Source: Methanobacteriota archaeon
Lineage (GTDB): Archaea > Thermoplasmatota > E2 > DHVEG-1
Length of the DNA stretch: 64,000 nucleotides
Direction of reading: 5' to 3'
Assembly: GCA_963769885.1 (NCBI GenBank)
Contig: CAVYNH010000006.1
Location: 704,001-768,000, forward strand
Positions 30,299 through 40,040 of this stretch are shown here, piece after piece (positions within the stretch are counted from its first letter, which is position 1; each line of letters begins with the position of its first letter). The position numbers were made by a program, and so were the translations under genes. The notes under the pieces were generated by a model. The model saw only the letters and a program-made list of their open reading frames with translations. It did no database searches and was not told where the DNA came from.

Positions 30299-31555
30299 AT
30301 GCCTTCGGAGACCTCAAAAAAACAAAAAGACATGGACAAACTCCGCCGCATCCTCGACAACCCTAACGATCCCACCCTCGCCACCGACAACCCCAGCCTC
30401 GACTCCGTCCGCCGCCGGCTCACCCACACCAGACCCCCCACTACCCACACCAGACCCACCACCCCCAATATGCAACCCCACGTCACCATCCGCCAACCCC
30501 ACCCCGCCACCGAACCCCTCCCCACATGGACCCTTCACGAGACACCCCCAACGATACCATCGAGCGAAAAAGAACTCCCCCTTTGGATCCCCATTGATAC
30601 ACCGACACTAACGGCATCCACAACCCTGCCTCCCCTCACCTTCTCAGACCAACCCCTCTTCGACATCGAACAACCAGAACCCACCGCCACCTTCGAAACC
30701 ATCACCGACATTGAACCACAGCCGACCCACGAGACCAGCACCGAGAAACCCACGACTACGGAACTCCCCCATTGGGAACTCGTCACTCCCCCAACCACGA
30801 CATCGGACGAGCCACCCCACGTCCCTCTCCAAGAATTCACCGAAGTCACCACTGAAAGCCCCGCCCCGCCCGTTCACGAACCAGAGCTACCCGCCCCAGC
30901 GAAGCAGACGTGGCGGCAACGGCGAGCAGAGAAAAAAACAGCACGAATCCAGGCTAGAGAGGCGAAACGACGAGAGACCCTCAACCACGCCAAGACCACC
31001 CCAGAGCCACAACCATCAGGGGTACGTCTCAAGCCAGTGGCGCCCCTCCCGACACAGAATGGTGAAGGCTTCCGCGGCATCCCCAGTATCGATGACCAGA
31101 CCGCAGAGCTTCTCTTCAGAAACGGGTACTACACCCTGGAGCAGCTCCGTCAGACCCCGGTCGGAACCCTTATCAAGATCAAGGGCATCAAACGCAAGCA
31201 AGCCAAACAAATCAAAAAAGAGGTCGATGACTACTTCGCAGCCAGCAACAAGCCGCCCGAACCTGCACCCAAAACGAAGCGGCAGTCAAAGAAGAAATCA
31301 CGAAAGGATGAGGACGCGGATGTCACCGAATGGGAATCCTATGAGGCATCCGACGAGTTGCACACCCCACCGATCTGCACCTACGAGGGTTACACTCTGT
31401 ATCGGCGGGAAGTCAAGTCGGGGCGGATAAAGACCACGATGCATTTCTTCAGCAGGAACCCGCCGGATAAAGGCAGCCCCTCGGCACTCCCCGAGGGATA
31501 CATCATCGCAGTCAACAAGCGCACCGGCGTCCCGTACATAAAGAAGCAGAAATAG
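30299..31555 (+). CDS. Pro/Thr-rich disordered protein with helix-hairpin-helix domain and C-terminal copy of the 61-aa domain
   Basis: GIPSIDDQTAELLFRNGYYTLEQL...IKGIKRKQAKQI (HhH); C-terminus YTLYRREV..HFFS..LPEGYIIAVNKRTGVPYIKK. Confidence 0.7.
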   Translation: MPSETSKKQKDMDKLRRILDNPNDPTLATDNPSLDSVRRRLTHTRPPTTHTRPTTPNMQPHVTIRQPHPATEPLPTWTLHETPPTIPSSEKELPLWIPIDTPTLTASTTLPPLTFSDQPLFDIEQPEPTATFETITDIEPQPTHETSTEKPTTTELPHWELVTPPTTTSDEPPHVPLQEFTEVTTESPAPPVHEPELPAPAKQTWRQRRAEKKTARIQAREAKRRETLNHAKTTPEPQPSGVRLKPVAPLPTQNGEGFRGIPSIDDQTAELLFRNGYYTLEQLRQTPVGTLIKIKGIKRKQAKQIKKEVDDYFAASNKPPEPAPKTKRQSKKKSRKDEDADVTEWESYEASDELHTPPICTYEGYTLYRREVKSGRIKTTMHFFSRNPPDKGSPSALPEGYIIAVNKRTGVPYIKKQK

Positions 31556-31598
31556 GTCATCGCTGTATTTTTATAGGCCTTTTTCGTACGCCTAGGGT

Positions 31599-33074
31599 AT
31601 GAGTGGCACGTGGACCGGTCCGCTGCAAAAGATCGCTGACTATCAGTATCGCATTCCGGTGAATTATCGAGGCGAACGCCAGAACCTTCAAATGAAGACC
31701 TCAGCGGTGATCTATGCTAGCGATTCGATGATCCCGTGTATAAGGGCGGATAATGCTCCTGAGCAGGCGGCTAACGTCACGATGCTCCCCGGGATTGTGG
31801 GTGAATCGCTGGCTATGCCGGATATCCATTGGGGCTACGGGTTTCCAATAGGCGGTGTCGCGGCCACTGACTCTGAGGTAGGCGTGGTATCCCCCGGCGG
31901 CGTCGGCTTTGATATTAATTGCGGCGTGCGACTGGTGCGGACGAACCTGTATCGAAAGGACCTCTCCGCTCAGCAGATTCAGGCGTTGGTAGACGAGATG
32001 TTCAAAAACGTGCCGTCAGGGCTTGGGTCCCATGCGAAGGTGAAGCTAAACCGCAATCAACTGGAGAAGATGTTGACGATGGGAGCGCGCTGGGCGATCG
32101 AGAACGGGTACGGCTGGACAGAGGACGTGGATTATCTCGAGGAGAACGGCTGTTTGAAGAGCGCGGATGATTCGACGGTCTCAGAGGCAGCGAAACAGCG
32201 GGGCGCGCCGCAGCTGGGATCGCTTGGGGCGGGGAATCATTTCTTGGAGATACAGCAGGTGGCCGATATCTATGATCCTGTGGCGGCGAAGGTGTTCGGG
32301 GTGACGGGCGTCGGTCAGATTATGGTAATGATTCATACAGGGTCGCGGGGGTTTGGACATCAGGTGTGTACGGATCATCTCCGGGTGTTAGAGCAGGCGG
32401 TGAAGAAGTACAATATTTGGTTGCCTGATCCGCAGTTGGCGTGTGCGCCGGTGCATTCGAAGGAGGGGGAGGCGTATCTGAAGGCGATGGCGTGCGCCGC
32501 GAATTTCGCGTGGTGTAACCGCCAGATGATCGTGCATTGGGTGCGGGAGTCGTTTGAGCGGGTGTTGCGTCAGCGTGCTGAGGATTTGCAGATGCAGATA
32601 GTGTATGATGTATGTCATAACATCGCGAAGCTGGAGGAGCATGAGGTGGAGGGGAAGCGTCGGTTGGTGTATGTGCATCGGAAAGGGGCGACGCGGTCGT
32701 TTGGGCCTAATCGGTCTGAGATTCCGGTGAAGTATCGGGAGATCGGTCAGCCGGTGTTGATCCCGGGTGATATGGGGTCTGAGAGTTATCTGTTGCGTGG
32801 GACGGATGCCTCGGAGGCAACGTTTGGGTCGACGTGTCATGGGGCGGGTCGGGTGATGAGTCGGCATGAGGCGGTGAAGCGGTGGCGGGGGGAGCAGGTG
32901 TTTGAGGCGTTGAAGCAACGGGGGATTTATGCGCATCCGGCGAGCTGGAAGGTGATGGCGGAGGAGGCACCTGGCGCGTATAAGGATGTCAGTGAGGTGG
33001 TGAATGTGACGCATGGGGCGGGGTTGTCGTTGAAGGTGGCGCGGTTGCTGCCGTTGGGTGTGGTGAAGGGGTAG
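31599..33074 (+). CDS. rtcB: RNA-splicing ligase RtcB
   Basis: MPDIHWGYGFPIGG, GFDINCG, GNHFLE, HTGSRG, HRKGAT, HGAGR, EEAPGAYK. Confidence 0.96.
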   Translation: MSGTWTGPLQKIADYQYRIPVNYRGERQNLQMKTSAVIYASDSMIPCIRADNAPEQAANVTMLPGIVGESLAMPDIHWGYGFPIGGVAATDSEVGVVSPGGVGFDINCGVRLVRTNLYRKDLSAQQIQALVDEMFKNVPSGLGSHAKVKLNRNQLEKMLTMGARWAIENGYGWTEDVDYLEENGCLKSADDSTVSEAAKQRGAPQLGSLGAGNHFLEIQQVADIYDPVAAKVFGVTGVGQIMVMIHTGSRGFGHQVCTDHLRVLEQAVKKYNIWLPDPQLACAPVHSKEGEAYLKAMACAANFAWCNRQMIVHWVRESFERVLRQRAEDLQMQIVYDVCHNIAKLEEHEVEGKRRLVYVHRKGATRSFGPNRSEIPVKYREIGQPVLIPGDMGSESYLLRGTDASEATFGSTCHGAGRVMSRHEAVKRWRGEQVFEALKQRGIYAHPASWKVMAEEAPGAYKDVSEVVNVTHGAGLSLKVARLLPLGVVKG

Positions 33075-33136
33075 CCTTCCCTGGTTAGGTTTAAATCCCT
33101 TGTCGGTATTCTGTTGTGGGATATGGTGATGCAGTC

Positions 33137-33895
33137 ATGGATGATGTGCAGATAGTGGATTTTGAAGAGACCGATCTGTCCGGTGGGACGGTGATTGCTG
33201 GGTTTCCCTCGATTGGGCTTGTGAGTACGATTGTGGCGAATTATCTGATTGATGCGATGGGGCTGCGGCAGATTGGGGCGATGGAGTCCGCGTATTTTCC
33301 GACATTGTCCGTGGTGCATACGGGGGAGCCGCTGTCTCCTGTGCGGATTTATGGAGGCTCGTTGAATAATGGGCAGAAAATCGCGGTGTTTGTGTCAGAG
33401 TTCAAGCCGAAGCCGAACCTGATTAATTCGTTGTCTGAGTCGATCATGGCGTGGGCGAAGAAGAAGCATTGTAAGCTGTTGATCTCCCCTGAGGGGATGG
33501 TGGTGGAAGGGAAGGTTGAGGGGGATGACATGATTGTGGATGCGTATGCGATCGGGTCGACGGAGGTGGCGCGGGGGATGCTGCAGGCGAAGAACATCCC
33601 GCAGTTCAAAAACGGGATTATCGCCGGCGTGTCTGGGGTGTTGTTGAATAAGGGGAAGCATGAGCGGTTTGATGTGATTTCGATTCTTGCGGAGGCGCAT
33701 CCGAATTACCCTGATGCGCGGGCGGCGGCGTCGGCGATCAATGTGATTGGGACGGTGATTGGGGTGGAGATCAACGTCGGGCCGTTGTATGATGAGGCGG
33801 AGCGGATCGAGCGGCAGCTGCAGAAGTTCCATAAACAGGCGAAGCCGATCGTGTCCGGGTCCGGGCAGATTCCGCAGCCGAATATGTACGGGTGA
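33137..33895 (+). CDS. PAC2-family proteasome assembly chaperone-like protein
   Basis: GFPSIGLVSTI, GIIAGVSGVLL, PDARAAA, LYDEAERIE, C-terminal MYG (HbYX-like). Confidence 0.85.
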   Translation: MDDVQIVDFEETDLSGGTVIAGFPSIGLVSTIVANYLIDAMGLRQIGAMESAYFPTLSVVHTGEPLSPVRIYGGSLNNGQKIAVFVSEFKPKPNLINSLSESIMAWAKKKHCKLLISPEGMVVEGKVEGDDMIVDAYAIGSTEVARGMLQAKNIPQFKNGIIAGVSGVLLNKGKHERFDVISILAEAHPNYPDARAAASAINVIGTVIGVEINVGPLYDEAERIERQLQKFHKQAKPIVSGSGQIPQPNMYG

Positions 33896-33905
33896 GCCGA
33901 TATCC

Positions 33906-33946
33906 GTTTTTTTCCTTCTTTTTTTCCTCTTTCGGGTTTTGTTTAA
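33906..33946 (+). terminator. Oligo-T terminator candidate
   Basis: Long T-rich tract after the PAC2 gene. Confidence 0.4.
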
Positions 33947-33973
33947 TTAGTGGGAGTCTGTTTCCTGCCCTGT

Positions 33974-34727
33974 ATGCAGGGTATTCCTCCGGGTCATCCG
34001 CGGTATCAGTCGTTGGTATTGCGTGAGCGTCTCGCGCAGGCGGTCCGTGACGGCATCGCGCATGAGACGGGGTTGATCGCGCATGGGCGGGGGGAGGCCT
34101 TTGATTATCTCCTGGGTGAGGTGACGATCCCTGAGGCGCGCGCGGCTGAGGCGGCCGCGGTCGCGGCGTTACTAGTAGCGAAGAAACCGGTGGTGTCGGT
34201 GAATGGGAACGTGGCCGCGCTTGCGGCGGATGCGTGCGTGGCGTTGTCGAAGGCGGTTTCTGCAAGGCTTGAGGTGAACCTGTTTCATCGGACGGAGCGG
34301 CGGGCGGAGAAGATCGCGAAGGTACCTGAGGACCAATGGTGCCTCCGAGGTTCTCGGGGTGCGTCCGGCGGCGCGTATCCCTGGGCTTGACTCCGATCGG
34401 GGATTGTGCGACGAAAAAGGAATCTTTCCAGCGGATGTGGTGGTGGTGCCGTTGGAGGACGGGGATCGGTGTGAGGCGTTGCGGCGGATGGGCAAGACCG
34501 TAGTCGCGGTGGATTTGAATCCGTTGTCGCGGACGTCGAAGACGGCGTCAATCACGATTGTGGATAACGTGGTGCGTGCGTTGCCGGTGATGACCCGGCT
34601 TGTACCCGAGATGCGCGTGCGGCCGCTGGAGGATCTGAAGCGGCTGGTGCGTAGCTGGGATAATGCGCGGAATCTCGGCGAGGTGCTTTCTTTCCTGTCA
34701 AAAAGACTAAATGCCTTGTATGGTTAG
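33974..34727 (+). CDS. 4-phosphopantoate--beta-alanine ligase (archaeal PPS); frameshift at ~34326 (likely read error)
   Basis: HPRYQSL, GLIAHGRGEAFDYLLGE, SVNGN, EVNLFHRT; second ORF has VPLEDGDR and DLNPLSRT; they join if one base of GGTACC is removed. Confidence 0.88.
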
Positions 34728-34736
34728 GGGTGTTCC

Positions 34737-36038
34737 ATGCTGCGGACTCGGTATTCTACGGATGTGACCGCGTCAGACCATAACACTCAGATAACGGTTG
34801 CGGGGTGGATGGAGGACACGCGGAACCTGGGGTCGATCGCGTTTATTATCCTGCGGGACCAGAAGGGGACGCTGCAGGTGACGTTGCTGAAGAAGAAGAT
34901 TCCGGAGTTGTTCGATCAGCTGGTTGGATTGCCGCGGGAGTCGGTGATCTCAGTGACGGGGCTATGTAAGCCCAATGAGAAGGTCCGGAACGGCTACGAG
35001 GTGCTGCCGGAGTCGGTGCGGGTGCTGTCGGTGGCGGAGACGCCACTGCCGTTGGGGATCGTGGATAAGGTTGAGGCTGATTTTGATACGCGGCTGGACA
35101 ACCGGGTGTTGGATCTGCGGAAGCCGGAGACTCAGGCGGTGTTCCGGATCCGTGACGCGGTGTTGGAGGCCGCGGATGCGTTCTTGCGGTCTGAGGGGTT
35201 CGTGGAGGTGCATACGCCGAAGATCATCGCGAGCTCCTCTGAGGGCGGGACAGAGATGTTTGCGCTGCGGTATTTCGATCGGCCCGCGTTTCTGGCGCAG
35301 TCGCCGCAGTTGTACAAGCAGAGCCTGATGGCGACGGGGCTGGACCGGGTGTTTGAGATCGCGTGGTACTTCCGGGCGGAGGAGCATAACACCCGGCGTC
35401 ATCTGAACGAGTCGACCGCGGTGGACATCGAGATGGCGTTCATCGACAGCGAGGAGGACGTGATGGGCGTCCTGGAGCGGTTGGTGCAGGCGATGTGGCG
35501 GCGGGCGAGCGAATGTACCCATGACCTTGAAGTGTTGAAGAAGTCGGTTGTGGTGCCGTCGGTGCCGTTCCGGCGGCTGCGGTACGATGATGTCGTCAAG
35601 GAGCTGCAGAAGCGAGGCTCGCCGGTTGCGTGGGGGCAGGATTTGAGTACCGAGGACGAGCGCCTGCTCGGGGAATGGATGAAAGAGAAGGGGACTGAGT
35701 TTTATTTCATCACGCGGTATCCGATTCAGGTGAAGCCGTTCTATACGATGCCGGAGGGCTCGAAGCATTCGCGGGGGTTTGACCTGGAGTGCAAGGGGAT
35801 TGAGATCTCGTCGGGCAGCCAGCGGATCCATGACGTCAAGCTGCTCATGGAGCGGATGCGGGCCTGTGGGTTGAACCCGGATGATTTCTCGGCGTATCTG
35901 TCGGCGTTTCGGTATGGGATGCCGCCACATGGGGGGTTCGGGTTTGGAATCGAGCGGTTCCTCATGGAGCTTTTGGAGTTACCGAATATCCGAGAGACGA
36001 TTCTGTTCCCGCGGGACCGGACGCGCCTCACCCCTTGA
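34737..36038 (+). CDS. aspS: Aspartate--tRNA ligase (archaeal type)
   Basis: TRLDNRVLDLR, LAQSPQLYKQ, FRAEEHNTRRHLNE, SGSQRIH, PPHGGFGFGIER, FPRDRTRLTP. Confidence 0.96.
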   Translation: MLRTRYSTDVTASDHNTQITVAGWMEDTRNLGSIAFIILRDQKGTLQVTLLKKKIPELFDQLVGLPRESVISVTGLCKPNEKVRNGYEVLPESVRVLSVAETPLPLGIVDKVEADFDTRLDNRVLDLRKPETQAVFRIRDAVLEAADAFLRSEGFVEVHTPKIIASSSEGGTEMFALRYFDRPAFLAQSPQLYKQSLMATGLDRVFEIAWYFRAEEHNTRRHLNESTAVDIEMAFIDSEEDVMGVLERLVQAMWRRASECTHDLEVLKKSVVVPSVPFRRLRYDDVVKELQKRGSPVAWGQDLSTEDERLLGEWMKEKGTEFYFITRYPIQVKPFYTMPEGSKHSRGFDLECKGIEISSGSQRIHDVKLLMERMRACGLNPDDFSAYLSAFRYGMPPHGGFGFGIERFLMELLELPNIRETILFPRDRTRLTP

Positions 36039-36039
36039 G

Positions 36040-36164
36040 GAATGCAGCCGCATCACAGTATCCGGAGTACCGTTCGACTGCGCAGTTTCCTTCAAATTCG
36101 CCTTTCTCGCCGGGTAATCAATCCCATGCGGGACGGACTGCAGTTCAGCCCCGGCCGCCTGCAT
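36040..36164 (-). pseudogene. Remnant resembling a DUF2795 protein
   Basis: AELQSVPHGIDYPARKANLKETAQSNGTPDTVM resembles the DUF2795 G.DYPA.K..L...A..NG pattern; resemblance is lost where the frame runs into the aspS 3' end. Confidence 0.45.
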
Positions 36165-36320
36165 GCTCTCTTGATCGTTCAGGTTGTATGACTTTTCGCC
36201 TCCAAGCCGCCGACACCCCCAGGGATTGAAGAAGACGTCACGTCCCTTCGACAATCTAAGAAAAAAAGATTGAACTAAGACCGAAGATGACGAAATGAAA
36301 GAAGGGAAAAAAAGAAAGGT

Positions 36321-36656
36321 TTACGGGAATTCAATTACCCCGTCGAACCGAGCGCAGACCAGGTGATTTCGCACAAACCCTTTGAAATCGTTCTGCACAA
36401 TCACCTTCTGTAACATATGAAGCGTTCCTGTTTGATACGTGCCCATCCAGTGGGTCCGGTAGTGTAAGAAGATCGCCCGGAACGTGAGTTCATGCCCCGA
36501 GTTGATAAACCTCGGATGCGTGATGATACCCCATAACATAGTAGATCCGATATCCGTCGTCTGTTTCTCATGGTCCGGGACCACCTGGAACGCCATGCTC
36601 AAGGGCATGAGTGAAAAGAATACCAACGCTAATGCAGCCAAATATCGTATACGCAT
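36321..36656 (-). CDS. Small secreted hypothetical protein
   Basis: GGAGG upstream; signal peptide; ends FKGFVRNHLVCARF. Confidence 0.7.
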   Translation of the reverse strand: MRIRYLAALALVFFSLMPLSMAFQVVPDHEKQTTDIGSTMLWGIITHPRFINSGHELTFRAIFLHYRTHWMGTYQTGTLHMLQKVIVQNDFKGFVRNHLVCARFDGVIEFP

Positions 36657-36952
36657 TCACAGCCTCCAGTAAACTAAATACACTCAACCAATTTAAATGT
36701 TTTGAATAATATTTAATAATGCTCAAAAATCCCTTATGGAAGCCTTTCCTTCGTTCGATGTCTGAAGAAATCCCGATTTTACACCCAAACTCAGGAAAAA
36801 TAACGTTAGATTTGTTTCAAAAACGTGCTAGCGATATCTCCTACGTAGATTCGCTTTTCCGCTTTGAGAAGTACCGAATATCAGACCGATGATACCCTTG
36901 CCGTTCGAAGACCTGCGTGTGGATGGAGAAAACCATAGCATAGCGGAAGAAG

Positions 36953-37011
36953 AATGCAAGGGAAGAAATTTGAACACCAAATTACCGGCATGATAATGAA
37001 TGACAGATAAC
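36953..37011. repeat. Degenerate att-like repeat C (tRNA-Leu 3' end copy + 36-bp arm)
   Basis: aatgcaagggaagaaatttgaac matches the tRNA end at 19/23; the following arm matches that of repeat B at 26/36. Confidence 0.7.
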
Positions 37012-37055
37012 GATTTACTCCTAATAAGTCTACAAGTTCATACATTCTCACAATA

Positions 37056-37772
37056 TTACCATAAGTATGGAATTAACCTATATTTTGTCCTTTTAGAATA
37101 TTCTTCATAACCGTTCAATTCTATTTTTAATGTCTTGTCTTCATAATACGTTCGTAAAATAATAAGAAATATATTTATGAAAACTGGAATGAAACTAAAC
37201 AATGAACCAAGCATGAAGGGATAACAAAGAGAAGCAAGAATAGCAGATAAATAACCCGGATGTCTTACGTATTTATATGGACCGATTGTACATAATCGCT
37301 GGTTAGATAATTTATCATTTTGATATGTGAGGATAAAATGAGCATTACTAATATAGGCCCATAATGCTAAAAAAGAACAAAGAATAAAAATGACGCTACT
37401 TGGATATATTGCTATAAATGGAATACTTGACCATTGAAAACGAACAACATCGAGTCCAGCAACAATTAACATAGAAAATCCGGATAGAGAGTAAAAGATT
37501 GCGAAATATTTATCATAACGCTTGGTTTCCTTCCAACTGAATTTTCCTCTTTCATTCAATAATTGTGGATTAATAATCATTAATATTAAAATGTACAAAA
37601 TTTGATAGAACAACATGAGACAAATGTATATCCATCCTCTCACCCAAGAAAGAGTTCCGGCGGAACCAAATAAAATTAAAATGCCGATAATAATGAGGGC
37701 AAATTCTCTTATTATTCCTCGTATTCCAAGGATATTGAGTTTTGTCGAATCATTACTCATAAAATCCTTCAT
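37056..37772 (-). CDS. Isoprenylcysteine carboxylmethyltransferase (ICMT/PEMT)-family membrane protein
   Basis: Multiple TM helices; GPYKYVRHPGY, EDKTL..EL.GYEEY...YRLIPYLW; AT-rich. Confidence 0.85.
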   Translation of the reverse strand: MKDFMSNDSTKLNILGIRGIIREFALIIIGILILFGSAGTLSWVRGWIYICLMLFYQILYILILMIINPQLLNERGKFSWKETKRYDKYFAIFYSLSGFSMLIVAGLDVVRFQWSSIPFIAIYPSSVIFILCSFLALWAYISNAHFILTYQNDKLSNQRLCTIGPYKYVRHPGYLSAILASLCYPFMLGSLFSFIPVFINIFLIILRTYYEDKTLKIELNGYEEYSKRTKYRLIPYLW

Positions 37773-37881
37773 TTACATTTTATTTATCAGTTCACCGCAA
37801 TTCAAATTAATTTTTTTTCCATCTAATTACATTCGATAATTTATTCAATCTGCGTGTAAATCATTCCGTTCTATTTAAAAT

Positions 37882-37940
37882 AGTGCAGGGGACGGGATTT
37901 GAACATCAAAATGCCGGCATGAATATTGTTGACATGTAAC
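37882..37940. repeat. att-like repeat B (tRNA-Leu 3' end copy + 36-bp arm)
   Basis: agtgcaggggacgggatttgaac matches 38833..38855 at 22/23; arm contains the palindrome atgccggcat (37911-37920). Confidence 0.85.
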
Positions 37941-37997
37941 CTGAAAAAGGGCATGCTAATAAATAGTCAATCCATTTTGGAATTGAGAAGAATACGG

Positions 37998-38828
37998 ATG
38001 GAATTAAACGCTATAGATTTTCATAATGATTCTAAGGATGAATCAAATACAGCCGAATATGAGTATATCGATAAAATTTTAATAAGTACTGAACGAAACA
38101 AAATTCTTTTTGATTGGTCTCCATTGGCGATTATTATCCTCAGTAAAGAAGGAATTTTTTTAGATGCGAATAGAAAGCTCTATGATTGGTTAGGATATAG
38201 ACCAGATGAAATTATCGGTAGAGGTTTCAAAGAGGTTCCTTTTATACCTGATAAGTCAAAAATAACAATTGTCAATAATTTCAATAAACGTATATGTGGA
38301 GAAGAAGTCCCTCCGTATGAAGTTGAACTTGTTCATAAAAATGGAATGCAGAAATATGGAGAAATTCATGGGAATTTACTCCGTGATGAGTCCCGTGGGA
38401 TTACAATGGATATTGTAATGGTATCTGATATCACGGAAAAAAAGAAAGCATTGGTAAGTTTACAAGATAACGAAGAAAGATATAGAATCTTGTTTGAGAA
38501 TACGACTGATCTTATACAAAGTGTTAATGCTGAAGGTAATTTTGTTGACGTAAACCCTGCATGGTTAGAGACGTTGGAGTATTCTAGAGAAGACCTCCAT
38601 AGTCTGACGTTGATCAATATTTTACGTGAAGATGAGATTCAACATTGTACGGAGCTTTTTCATAAAGTTATCCAAGGTGAAAACTTCAATAATATCGAGA
38701 CTGTTTTTATTTCAAAAACTGGTAAAGAAATCTATGTGAAAGGCAGTGCAAAAGGGTATTTTAGAGACGGCATATTTATTGCTAGTGTAGGAATTTTTAG
38801 GGATATTTCTAAAATGAAATCAGTATAA
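37998..38828 (+). CDS. Stand-alone tandem PAS-PAS domain protein
   Basis: Two PAS/PAC repeats (..N..LGY...EIIG; DITEKKK; ERYRILFE; VNPAWLETLEYS; RDIS); no output domain; AT-rich. Confidence 0.85.
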   Translation: MELNAIDFHNDSKDESNTAEYEYIDKILISTERNKILFDWSPLAIIILSKEGIFLDANRKLYDWLGYRPDEIIGRGFKEVPFIPDKSKITIVNNFNKRICGEEVPPYEVELVHKNGMQKYGEIHGNLLRDESRGITMDIVMVSDITEKKKALVSLQDNEERYRILFENTTDLIQSVNAEGNFVDVNPAWLETLEYSREDLHSLTLINILREDEIQHCTELFHKVIQGENFNNIETVFISKTGKEIYVKGSAKGYFRDGIFIASVGIFRDISKMKSV

Positions 38829-38834
38829 AAAAAG

Positions 38835-38919
38835 TGCAGGGGAAGGGATTTGAACCCTTGGACCTCTACAGGACAAGACCCTCGATCTTGCGCCGTTGAC
38901 CAAGCTTGGCTACCCCTGC
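38835..38919 (-). tRNA. tRNA-Leu(GAG)
   Basis: GCAGGGG/CCCCTGC acceptor stem, anticodon arm CAAGA-TCGAGGG-TCTTG, long variable arm, GTTCAAAT T-loop; CCA not encoded. Confidence 0.92.
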
Positions 38920-38973
38920 ACGGGTAGTTCTCCCTTAATTATCAAAACACTAATATACCTTTGGGCACGACGG

Positions 38974-39495
38974 TTACAGGGTATCCAGGTCCTGCCCACA
39001 CCGCTCGCTCAACTCGGCATGCAGCGCTCGCAGGCGCGCCGCCAACTGCGGCCGCCTTTTCTGCAGCGCCTTCTCAATCTCCCGGGATATAGGCTGCCGA
39101 TGTTCGTTATCAATGAGGTTATCCGCATGGGCCACGATTTTCTCTTCAAGGGTCCTTGGGACATAGTCCCTCTCGGGCAGCCCCAGCCGGACGGCCTCCG
39201 CCCGGGGGATGCCGGCACCCATGTGTCGCTCAATGATTAGCACCACCTCGCGTGGCAATCCGAGGTCCTGCGCGATTCGCGCGCCCTCAATCGCATGCCG
39301 CATGCCCTGCGTCTGGGACCGGCCGATATCATGCAACAGCGCACCCACCTCGACGAGCGCACAGTCGGCCTCCGCCTTCCGCGCGATGAGAACGGCGAGA
39401 GAGCGGACCGCCTCGCAATGCGCAATCACATCATCAGAGCAGCCAGTGGTCTTGAGGAGCCTACGGCACTGGTCAGGGGAAGGCAACGCAAGCAT
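38974..39495 (-). CDS. HD-domain phosphohydrolase (HDIG type)
   Basis: VIAHC, LLHDIGR, HAIEG, IERHMGAG, EEKIVAHADN. Confidence 0.85.
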   Translation of the reverse strand: MLALPSPDQCRRLLKTTGCSDDVIAHCEAVRSLAVLIARKAEADCALVEVGALLHDIGRSQTQGMRHAIEGARIAQDLGLPREVVLIIERHMGAGIPRAEAVRLGLPERDYVPRTLEEKIVAHADNLIDNEHRQPISREIEKALQKRRPQLAARLRALHAELSERCGQDLDTL

Positions 39496-39500
39496 ACTTC

Positions 39501-40013
39501 CTACCATCCCTTGGTCTGAACGGTTTTGCCGCGCGGATTCGGCGTGATTGTCAGTTGGCCATCGAAGCGCTTGTTCTGCCACGCACCTTTGGTGAACCGA
39601 TCGAGGAAGAGAGCCACGGCCGCGACCTCGGAATGCGGTTGGTTGCCAACCGCGATGTTGACGTCGGCCTCCTCATAAAAATACCGCGGGACTTTCTCCG
39701 CTCCGACCACAAGAAGAAGATCTCTATTCCGATCGATCTTCGGAAGACCGGTCTCTAATGATTCCCCGTACATCGTGAGGTGCACGATGGTTCCGGACCA
39801 GTGCCGCAGAACCGAGCGGCCGTCGACGCCGGTCTCGATGGCGAAGTCGCCGCCGAACCGTTTGACAACCGACTCGATCGTCTTCTTGATGTTATCGTCT
39901 TTGGTCGTGATAAGAATCTTGTCAGCACCGAAAGCTCTGGCGACGAGCGCGACGTGCGTCGTGATGCGTTTATCGCGGTCGAGGCGATGGCCATGGCGTA
40001 GAATCGTAATCAC
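39501..40013 (-). CDS. trm56: tRNA (cytidine(56)-2'-O)-methyltransferase
   Basis: RDKRITTHVALVARAFGA, VHLTMYG, VGAEKVP, VGNQPHSEVAA. Confidence 0.94.
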   Translation of the reverse strand: MITILRHGHRLDRDKRITTHVALVARAFGADKILITTKDDNIKKTIESVVKRFGGDFAIETGVDGRSVLRHWSGTIVHLTMYGESLETGLPKIDRNRDLLLVVGAEKVPRYFYEEADVNIAVGNQPHSEVAAVALFLDRFTKGAWQNKRFDGQLTITPNPRGKTVQTKGW

Positions 40014-40040
40014 TGAAATCTCACCTGTGAAACGATAGGT

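Larger units (their letters stand above)
36953..38855. mobile_element. tRNA-Leu-anchored tandem array of two AT-rich single-gene cassettes, no integrase
   Basis: Three direct copies of the tRNA 3' end (36953, 37882, 38833); AT-rich cargo between them. Confidence 0.7.

Noticed and set aside
36730-36950. Short ORF MSEEIPILHPNSG.. beside the distal att-like repeat
   Set aside because: Only ~44 codons, with no recognisable motif or RBS; cannot be supported as a gene or integrase remnant
36953-38855. CRISPR array or classical integron
   Set aside because: Repeats are ~930 bp apart and derive from the tRNA; no cas genes, intI or attC-type hairpins seen
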